A stretch of 64,000 bases of DNA from Calcarisporiella thermophila CBS 279.70 (lineage: Eukaryota; Fungi; Calcarisporiellomycota): NCBI RefSeq assembly GCF_041956535.1, contig NW_027192200.1, positions 577,477 to 641,476 on the forward strand. The letters run 5' to 3'. Made by a program: the position numbers and the translations under genes. The notes under the pieces were generated by a model. The model was given only the letters and a program-made list of their open reading frames with translations. It searched no databases and was not told where the DNA came from. Positions within the stretch are counted from its first letter, which is position 1. The number at the start of each line of letters is the position of its first letter. Below, one piece after another: positions 54,385 through 64,000 of this stretch.

Positions 54385-55796
54385 TCATAAATTATAATAT
54401 GCAAACGCACGAAGAGACATCTCATATGTAACAAACGTCGCAGCAGCAGCGGGGATCCTATTATACAAAAAAAACAATATACTTTATCGAAAAATTATAA
54501 GTCCGAATAACCACAAGTATTACGCTCTGAGAACTGAGATAATTGAAGTGTATACATATATAAATACAGTGAAGTTAGCAAGCATTGAATTCGAAAGAAA
54601 AAAAAGGAAATTACTTGTAGGGGAAAGACCACGTATAAATGCTCTAGCACCCTCTTGATGATATATCGATCGAATGGTATCTACAATATATAGCGCCCCA
54701 CGAGGGGTATCTTTGGCGTGTTGGACCTAAATATTAAAAATCAGGCTTAATTGTCATATGTGATGAATTTTTTTATGAAAGAATTACCCGTGATTTCACA
54801 ACATCAAGTGGATAGCAACACAACCAATAACTTATTCCCCCACATGCACCAGCAATCATTAAACGAGATGGTTCTAACTGCGAAGGATCTTCTCCTGGAG
54901 GTGTGAGTTTTCGTTTCATAAACTCGAATCCAGTATAAAACCCAGCATATCTAAAGGGATAAATTGATTAGTTTACTCTACACAATATAATATTACTATT
55001 GATTGACTTGGAAAAAAGAAAATTACGCTGGAGTTTCGCGTGCAACTGTAGCCCAAAATCCACGAAACAAACCTCTTCGTATACCTGCTTCAGCTATTAA
55101 TTTTTTGGCGCAATCAATTGGACCGCTGTATACTTTCCTTCCTCCGTATTGGCCTTGCAATTTTACTTTGAGCAATTCAACAGGAGATGCCAAAATACTA
55201 TTTATCGCACCTATTCAAAAAGTTTTGAATAAATATATTGCGCTCAACTTCACTATTATGGAGTACCTGCACCCGCACCAGCAATGGCAATTTGCCAAAG
55301 CCCGAGTACCTGATTTGGCTGTGCCTGTTGTATAGCTTTTAGCCTCGAATTGGCCGCAAAAAGCAACGCGTTAACAGCACCAATGCCCACCAGTGGACTC
55401 GCCATTCCTTTTTTTTTGGAACGAGGTCATTTTAAGTTATCATGCAAAAGAAAGAAATTATCCACCTTTATATAAACCACGCACACCCTCATATTTGAGA
55501 GTCTTCATGAAACAATCCAAAGGCCCCTTAAAGTGCCCTCCTTTGCCTTGAATTTGTAATCGCGTCTTCACAGTATCCAAAGGTTGACCTATTAGGCATT
55601 TATAAAACATTAAATTCATTCAAGTCAACTATATCGGGACTGATTAGCATATCTCATACCAACAATAACCTGTGCCATTCCAGCAAAACTTTATTAAATA
55701 ATTCAATAGCAAATTAGTTTAATTATAACGACTTAATAAATTATTATAATATCCTTACTTGCCGGCAGCAAAATCTTTGACCACTTCGAGGGACAT
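54385..55796 (-). CDS. Mitochondrial carrier (carnitine/ornithine/YMC-like subgroup)
   Basis: Three PxDxxKxR-type signatures ([31 protein letters not shown]) plus GMASPLVG and ARETPA. Confidence 0.9.
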
Positions 55797-56402
55797 GTTG
55801 GTGTAGTGGTCAATCACTAAAATGCGCCTAGTTGTAACTGAAAATATTCATAATAGTTAAAATTGCGCAATAAAATGTGGGGATGACAAAATTGTGCAAA
55901 ATATCACGTCACATATATAAAAGGTATATGATGAAATCCAACAATCGATTGACAGAGAGGATATACTGTTTATTCCTATGTTAATTTTTATTGAACTTTC
56001 TAGTTATAACGAAAATGGAGTATCAATGCACAATAGATAATGAATGATTTAGTAATATATGCATATTTGTTAATAATAAATCTAAGGAGAGTCAAATAGA
56101 GTTATTTTAGTTATGGATGAAAAGTTTTGAAATTTCAAGGAAATTCAATCAATCTAATTCGATAGAAAAAAATAGTAAAATGGAAAATAATTTTTTTTAT
56201 AAATTTTTTATTAATTTTTTTATTTTTAAAAATTTTTTCTTATTTTTCGACTAATCGCATTCCATTTATTCGAATATTTTATACAATGGGCAAAATGATT
56301 TTTGAATATTCCTAATCCGCTTATAGCATACGATTTATTGTGCTTTCAGGAATTCTTAGTAAACTTATTTATAATTTTATTTTACGAAAAAGACCATTCT
56401 AT

Positions 56403-57349
56403 TTATTTGATGAGAGCGTTGATACCAGTAGGAACAGTACAAGTACCTAGATGAGTCCGAATGAGATGTATTTGGCCATTTTCAGGGTCTATCCACGCAG
56501 CTTCACGTTGCTCTGTTGTCTTTAAACCAGGCTGAATAGTTTCCCATATCTTCTTCTTAGGGTTGAGCACAGCTTCAGGGGTACCTTCTTATAAAATCAT
56601 CAAAATAATTGTTGAGTTGAGACTTTACAATAAATTGATTACTTGCAATCGATAGTATACCTTCAAAACCCTCAAAGTACACCCGATCCCCAGGTTTAGA
56701 ACCTTTAGGTGGATCAACTAGCTCAACCTTCCCCTCTGCCGTTGTTGCAGCTAGCACCATGGCAAATGATTTCACGCCTCGCATGCTTTTACATTGATTT
56801 TACAATTTAGCTTTGAGATTGAAAAAATATATATAATTGAAACGTACTTAACCGGCTTGAGATTACACACTAAAACCACATCTCTCTTTTGCATCTCATC
56901 TAGTGGGATATGATTCACTAATCCACTGACAACCGTGCGTGGCTCTTCTTCTCCACAGTCGATCTGCTCAACATACAGAGAATCGGCTTGAGCATGTTTT
57001 TCAGCTTGAATAATATGACCAACTCGTAAATCGATCATCGAAGGGACAATTTTAGCTGCTGCAATAATTGAAAAAAAATTAAATATTATATTAAATAGTC
57101 GATCAGAAAATAATGCAAATGCACCTGCTGATTTCTGATCATTTTTGTTAGCTACTTTGTTCTCGGCCTTTTTTGCTGCTTTCTCAGCCTTTTTGTTGGC
57201 TCGTATCGTATTAGAATCCTCTACCTTAACGGTTTCAACATTAACCTGAGTTTCGGGGACAGGGTTAACCTAGCAACATCAATTAATTTTCTGTACTTGT
57301 CTTGTACATTTCTCTATGATTGCCTTACTTCTAGGTTTTGATTCTCCAT
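56403..57349 (-). CDS. Stand-alone ARC1/EMAP-II-type tRNA-binding OB-fold protein
   Basis: [55 protein letters not shown] and [13 protein letters not shown]. The short Lys-rich N-terminus and the start codon are uncertain. Confidence 0.85.
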
Positions 57350-57898
57350 GTTTCTAGGCTTCTATATTGCGTTTGTTGACAAGTAAAGGTCACTTTAACC
57401 CGAGTATTTTAGTTTGTGGCTTAAATGATTCTGAACTGAATCAATACTTATAAATTTTATTGTTGGTTCAGTTACATGAATTGTTGCATATGGGTACAAG
57501 GCTATGAGAGTCTTGGCGGCCTACTTGACAGGAAACTTACTAAGTGTTTATAATATATATATTATGTGCGAAAAATAACCCTACAAAGATACTAATTCAA
57601 ATGCAAAAATATATCCTTTTGTTTATAATATAAGAGTGCTAATCATGCTTTATGTATTGTGCTAACTAGACTTATCAAGAGAAGATATATTGATTCCTCT
57701 TGTCCCCAAGGTCTTGTGGGCACAATTTTCTCGCCGCATTCATAGGAGAATGATAAATTTATTGACTAGCTAAACTTATTCACAAAGAGAAACATAGTAA
57801 TAGAGTTAAACCACAACCAAACTTTGGATTTAAATATATATAGTAAATTGACGCATGAATGAAATAATTCTGTCATTCTAATGAACAGCACATTTGAT

Positions 57899-58051
57899 TT
57901 ATTTGGATTGACAACAGGAACACGAGCAGCTTCCCTTAACGCATCTGTATCAGCAAATCATTATTGGAGATGTGCTAAATTCCAAGAATAGTGTCATTTC
58001 TTTGACTTACTGGCAAGCTCCAGAGGTGGTACAAGGGCAGGTATTTTGCAT
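57899..58051 (-). CDS. Metallothionein, 28 aa, 2 exons: MQNTCPCTTSGACQCVKGSCSCSCCQSK
   Basis: accATG context, exon 58051-58011, GTAAGT...GCTGAT...CAG intron 58010-57945, exon 57944-57899. Has 8 Cys in CxC/CC motifs and no aromatic residues. Confidence 0.85.
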
Positions 58052-58258
58052 GGTGTTTATGTTAAACTTCTTATAGAGTGGTAAAAGAAAGGTTGATGAG
58101 AATTGTTTGAAGAATCTCGTGAATTATAACGGGTAGCCTTTTATGCTCTCAACCTCTGGTCACGTTCAATTTTTTTTTGTAATTCCTGAAGAATTCAAAC
58201 TGCGTGCACTTATTAATATGTTAATAATTTATATTAGTTTATGATTTTTAACATCGCC

Positions 58259-59851
58259 ATGTTTTTAGAAGATGTTGAGAGATTAAAAACTTATAGGCAG
58301 AATTTCATTAGCACTCTGAGAAATCGTCAGCTTCATCGTGCCTCAAAAATCAAAGGATTATCGTCGCCTAGAACCATCCAAAAGTACAAATCTATCGACC
58401 AAATTTCTAGCTTACTCTCTGAAGAAGCTGTCAGTACAATACTTGATGGGATTCTTTTTTCTTTGGCACTGATGACTCTTAATAACGTATGTTAGCAAAT
58501 ACCCAACTACCAGTCTACACGCAACGATTATGAGCAAAATTTTGTCGATTCTGGTGCAAGACCTCATAATTTTATTCGCGATACAGATTTACACGATCGA
58601 TTCGATGAATATCCAAAGCTTAAGGAACTTACTCGACTCAAGAACGAACTTGTAGAAGCTCGAGCAACACCTCCTACATATCTCAAAGCCGATCTACGAA
58701 ATTTTGACTTTAAACGGCTTGGTTGTAAATTTGATGTAATATTAATTGACCCTCCACTTGAAGAGTAAGTATATATTTCACCTCTATTGTAATGTATCAT
58801 ACGCTAAAATGTATAACCCTGTAGATATTGTCGCCGCTCAGCTACAGTGGCTGGAAAGGCAAAAGAATATTGGACATTCGACGAAATCATATCTTTTTTT
58901 TCCTCTTTTTATATTGGATTTTCTTTGATATATTCAATTAACTACCTATTCTTAACAAATTGTTTTTTATTACGGAGCCCTGCGAATAGAAGAAATTGCG
59001 GCAAACCCATCCTTTATTTTTATCTGGGTAGCAGATAACGAAGGACTTGATCGTGGTAGAGAATTATTATTGCGATGGGGTTATAGACGATGTGAGGATA
59101 TTGTATGGGTGAAAACGAACAGATCATGGGAAGGTAGCCACCTAATGGAATCCCGCTCCGTACTTCAGCACACCAAAGAGCATTGTCTGATGGGCATCCG
59201 TGGAACGGTTAGGCGAAGTACAGATGGACACTTTATCCACTGCAATGTCGACACTGACGTTATCATATCTGAAGAGCCATATTTTGGCAGTAAGATTTTA
59301 TTACTTATACCAATTATGAAAAAATTTCTTTATCTCTATCAATAGGCACTCGAAAGCCAGAGGAACTATACCATATTATTGAACATTTCTGCCTAGGACG
59401 CAGACGTTTAGAATTATTTGGTGAGGTGAGTTAAAAACATATAACCGTACATTTTGATACGATCTATCTATTACTCCTTTGGTTATTATAATATAGGATT
59501 ACAATATCCGCCGAGGTTGGTTGACTATCGGAAAAGATATATCCATCTCTAATTTTGATTCCAAGACGTACTCTTCCTATTTTCTCAATGATGGACATCT
59601 ACTGGGTTCTACCCAAGGTATGTTACTCGCATTCTATTTATCATTGCCGCACTAATTTACATATATTAGATATCGAACTTCTGCGACCAAAATCGCCAAC
59701 TCGAGACCCAAATCAAAAGGCAGGAAGCAAAAAGAAAGCTAACCAGGCTCTAGTTAGGGGACCACTTCATCCCGGTTTAATTGCATTGCAACCTCCTAAT
59801 GTATCTGGTCTGAACTCTCCTTTTAAAATGCATATTCCACCTAGATGGTAG
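58259..59851 (+). CDS. METTL14: m6A methyltransferase subunit METTL14/Kar4 (MT-A70 family)
   Basis: [85 protein letters not shown] and [13 protein letters not shown]. Confidence 0.95.
58889..58973 (+). other. U12-type AT-AC intron (85 nt) in METTL14
   Basis: 5'SS ATATCTTTTT, branch TTCTTAAC at 58949-58956, terminal AC. Splicing gives WTFDEI|[19 protein letters not shown] in frame with the next ORF. Confidence 0.9.
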
Positions 59852-60899
59852 TAAATATTTTTCTATTTATTTCAATACTATGCGTTATCTTTGCATGTAA
59901 GGTGCAATACAGTACTTTTAAAATTGAGTGCTTTATAAAAGTAGTATGTGCCTTTTAATCCCTGGGCCTGATTAAAGTTTCTAAAAGTATGATTTCTATT
60001 TTGATATGACTGATACATGGAATTAGGACGAATTTGTAAGAAAACAGTAGTAGAATTACGAAAGTTTGCTATGAATTATTTTGTTTTGCGTTATTGACAC
60101 AATATTCTGAAATGGCATATAGGCTATATAAATAATATTTCGACACATACCATCACCGGATATATGGGTATAGTGATACACAGGCGAGGGGAAATTGTCC
60201 TTGAATAAGTTCACTTCTTCTCCATGCAAACGAGAAATCGTCTCTTTTCGTTATTACCCTTATTTTTTTAAGACCTCTTTCATTGCACTAGACCAACTAA
60301 ATATAACAAATTGGAGAGGTTGGCTCTAAAAGAAGACATTTCATCCAGGGGGAAAACCCCTTGGACACGATACCGCATCGTCTTTGGCTCCGGTCGTGAA
60401 GGGACGTTGCCCTTTTTTTAGACTACTACTTGCGCCCGTTTTAGATCAGTTTTCCAACGCCAAATTGTGTAATGGAAAGAATGGCTTTTGGGTTTATATA
60501 AATAGCCCTAGTTTTTTGTACAGATCCATGGAATTGAACTCTCCTTCATTTGCACTTTTCCTATTGACTCTCTTCATAATACTTCACTTTGATTACTCAG
60601 CCAAGAGGGCGACAACCCTTCTACTTATAATTTACCGATCTTTATGAAGTGAATATAGAGTGGCCCGAACTTTAATATTTATTTCAAATTAGTAAATATA
60701 TGTTTAAATATTAAGAGCAATGAAGAGCATGGTTAAAATGAGACATTGGGTTCCCCGTTGTCTAGCACTCTGCGTCTACACCTGGCTTCAGTTGATTCAC
60801 TCGCAAACAGTAGAATAAGAAATAGAAAAGCACGCATGCTAATATGCATAAGTATACACTATAACACAGTCTATCAATAAACGAAGCTGGCGCTTGTGG

Positions 60900-63800
60900 C
60901 TATACCGCTGCAAAATCGGGGCCCGGCCGGTTTTCGAGAGGCTTCAGGGTCTTGCGTTTAATGAATTTGTAGAATTCACCAAACGCAATAAAGAAGATGT
61001 CAAGGCCAAGGGCCATCCCCCATTCCCAGGAGATACTTAGCATATGGAAGCCTTTAATGGCCACCTCGGGTACATACAAGAGAACGAGGATAGAGACCAC
61101 GTCGAAACAGAACGTGCCAATCACCACGCGCGATCGCAGCGTTTTAGAAATGCCTGCCAAGTCCCACTCCATTTGACGGTAACTCCGGCAGTGGATCATG
61201 ATAATGAGCAATCCAAACAAAAGGGTGACGAGCAATGAACTACGTGCGCGGTAGATCGAGTCGCAGGGGCCTTGTTCATAGACAGCGTCGCAGTCGACAC
61301 CAGCCACTCCGTGACCGACGGCGTAGAGTGGAACAAAGTAGGCAATGGCGCTGAGGAATGTCATGCCGAATGTATAGACCAGGGTATCAAGCAATATTTC
61401 GCGATTGAAGAGGCTTTCAGTGGGGGGCCGTGGTGGCTCCTGCATGACAGTCTTAGAGGCGGGTTGGACACTGAGGGCACCGGCGGGCGGGGTGATGGCA
61501 ATGTATAGGTAAACCATCTGCAGGGTGGACAATGGGGCAATGACCTTGTTTTCCGGGTCGCGCGCTGCCAGTCCTAGAAGCACCATCGCGGCGATAGTAG
61601 CCAAGCAGATCCAGTAGTAGAGAAGAAATCTCTGGATGTTCTGATAAATTCGGCGGCCCTCGGCGATGGCCCGTAAGATCGTCGCAAAGTTGTCGTCGCT
61701 CAGAATGATATCAGAGGCTTGTTTCGCAACGTCGCTGCCGTTTTTACCCATGGCGATGCCCACATCGGCAATACGGAGAGAAGGAGAGTCGTTGACTCCG
61801 TCGCCCGTCATGGCAGAAATGTTGTGGCGGCGCGCGGATGCCTGGATCATCTTGACTTTGGTTTCGGGCGAGCAGCGCGCAATGACGAGCGGGAGTCGCT
61901 CTAGCCTGTCAATGTCCTCGTTCGACATGGCGTCGAATTGCGCCCCAGTCATAACAAGTCTTCTGATTTGCTCAGCCGACATTGTTCTCTCGTTAAGGAT
62001 GTTGATCTCCTTGGCGATGGCCACGGCTGTGGTTTCGTGATCCCCCGTCAACATGTGGACCGAGATGCCGGCACGATGCGCCTCCTCGATGGCCGGGCGG
62101 GATTCGGGGCGGGGGGGATCATAGATGCCGGTGAGGCCAAGGAATTCGAGACCATATTCCATGTCATCCCGAGACAGCTTCTTTAGGTGATCGTGTACCT
62201 CGTTCACAGGCAGATCCACCTTGCGACATGCCATGGCCATGACACGCAGTCCTTTGGAAGCCAGCTTCTCGACCGTATCGAATACATCCAGCTTCGCCTC
62301 CTCGTCCAAGTTGGTGCAGAGCGGCAAAATGCGTTCCGTTGCCCCCTTTGTAAACAGCATTAGCCGGCTGTTCGACCGGTCTAGGTAGAGGGTCGACATG
62401 CGCTTGATGGTTGAGTCGAATTGGTACTCAACCAAGAGCTCCCAGCCCCTCTTTGTCAGCTCGGGTTTTCCCATGTTAAACTTGTGAGCAAACACTTGAA
62501 GGGCGACCTCGGTAGGCGCACCATTGGAGATCCAATCGTCTGAACTCGTACTCGAGGACACTTTATCGTCTTTCTCCTCTGCCATGTCGCTCCCACTACT
62601 CGAATCCCTTCGATGAATGCTTGACATGTTACAGAGCGCTGCGCAGAGAACCATTTGCTCGAGATCGGGTGATATGGCTACCTTATCGACTAACTCGCCG
62701 TTGGATGAGTCGACTACCTTGTCCGAGAGATCATGCGTGCGATAGATGTCGCCCTCCGGAGCGAGGCCATTCGGGGTCGCGTAGAAGTAGCCCCCTTTGG
62801 GGGTCCAGAATCGGGTCACCACCATTTTTGCGAGAGTGAGGGTCCCCGTTTTGTCGGAGAAGATGTGGGTGACGGAACCGAGCGTTTCCAAGACTTTTAA
62901 CTTACGGACGATGGCCTTTTGCTTCGTCATCTTCTGACCCCCGACCACGAGGGTAACGGTCAGCACGGTGGTCAACCCACCCGGAAGCACGGACAACGCC
63001 GCAGATAGGGCGTACATGGTCACGTCATAGCTGGTGCTGAACTTGACGGAGGCGAACACGATGAAGAGAAAGAGCAGCGACGCGATGAGCAAGACGATGT
63101 ACATTTTGTTGAGGCTTTTTTGAATACGTGTGCGGTCATTGTCGCTGGTCTCGCTGAGTTTAGTCGCAACTTTGCCAATTTCCGTATGCATGCCGGTGGC
63201 GGTCACGATCGCTCTGCCGCGGCCCTTGGCAACAATGGAAGAGCTGTAGACCATATTGACGCGATCTCCAAGAGGCTCGTCTGACATAGGGCAGTATTCA
63301 GAGTTAGCACATGCTCTGCTCCCTTACCCTCCTCCCCCCCCCCCCCTTAACTGCATGTATAATAGGCTTGGCACATACCTTTTTGTTTCAGCGTGATCAA
63401 TTGTTTCTGGACGGGTATAGATTCGCCCGTCAGCAGTGCCTCGTCAAGTTCAAGGTTGGAGATGTAGAGGAGTCGCGCGTCTGCAGCCACGGAGTCACCC
63501 TCCTTGACTAGAAGGATATCTCCGGGGACGATGTCCCGGCTGGCCACGGTCTGCTCTTTGCCATCCCGCACGACGTCGGCCACTGGGGACGATAGATTTC
63601 GGAGGGCGGCGAGGGTTTGCTCGGCGGCATATTCCTGAGAGAAAGTGAGGGCGAGATTGAGGAGGGCGATGAAGATGAGGACGGATCCGGCTGCAAAATC
63701 CATGATGACGTAGCAAGCGACACCGATCGCAATGAAGAGCCAATTCATGACATCCAGGAGCTGGCGGAGCAACACCTTGACCCAAGTAGGGCCTTCATTT

Positions 63801-63949
63801 GAGCTCAACTCGTTGGCGCCATATTTAGCTAGGCGAGCGGACACCTCAGCCGAGGAGAGCCCCTCGCTAAGCGATGTGTGAAGAGTGGTGGCGACCTCGT
63901 CAACTGACAGAGTGTGCCAATCACGGCTGTCCTCTGCATCGCGGGACAT
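60900..63949 (-). CDS. P-type ATPase, ENA (P2D)-like, 2 exons
   Basis: TGES, DKTGTLT, KGATE, DPPRPES, TGD and TGDGVNDSPSL. Intron 63281-63378. Confidence 0.88.
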
Positions 63950-64000
63950 TTTCTTAAGGGTTTATAAAAGAGGAGAGTTAGGAAAAATAAAAAAAGAAAG

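Noticed and set aside
55905-55975. TATA box followed by a C-box-like ATGATGA (possible C/D snoRNA)
   Set aside because: No matching D box (CTGA) or terminal stem at a suitable distance
57611-57671. Intergenic ATATCCTTTT...AC on the plus strand that could define a fourth AT-AC intron in a 27-codon ORF
   Set aside because: No U12-type branch motif and no recognisable protein; plausible by chance in AT-rich DNA
57685-57760. Hairpin region downstream of the metallothionein considered as a SECIS element or snRNA
   Set aside because: No paired GA quartet, no in-frame TGA in nearby genes, and no proper Sm site
60330-60390. Hammerhead ribozyme-like stem followed by GAAA on the minus strand; U6atac-like GGAGAGGTTGGC just upstream on the plus strand
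   Set aside because: The CUGANGA core is missing, and the U6atac AAGGAGA box and internal stem-loop are not present

Overview
This is eukaryotic DNA, dense in genes and short introns (mostly 55-120 nt). The gene content points to an early-diverging, non-Dikarya fungus, probably Mucoromycota-like (inference). Splicing the ORF fragments by eye gives about 29 protein genes. In order: PRA1/Yip3, a homeobox TF, ARF1, BFR1, ethanolamine/choline kinase, ZRSR2-like U2AF35 paralog, NAT xanthine/uric acid permease, TDP1, a bZIP TF, H2B, ATP19, PhzF-like protein, secreted metallophosphoesterase, RXT2, CWC27, UTP6, DDX42, a CFEM-like GPI protein, CHS4/SKT5, SMG1, two hypotheticals, BUD20, ASF1, a mitochondrial carrier, an ARC1-type tRNA-binding protein, a metallothionein, METTL14 and an ENA-like P-type ATPase. 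The main signal outside the ORF track is three AT-AC (U12-type, minor spliceosome) introns, in RXT2, BUD20 and METTL14. Each is needed to restore a conserved protein motif, and the window also encodes the minor-spliceosome factor ZRSR2. Other notable items are a hidden 28-aa two-exon metallothionein, GC-AG introns, a homeodomain protein with Groucho-type WRPW/eh1-like motifs, and a P-type ATPase lacking the usual membrane ion-binding residues. I recognised no tRNA, rRNA, CRISPR array or transposon. Gene coordinates span start to stop including introns, and all exon boundaries are manual predictions.
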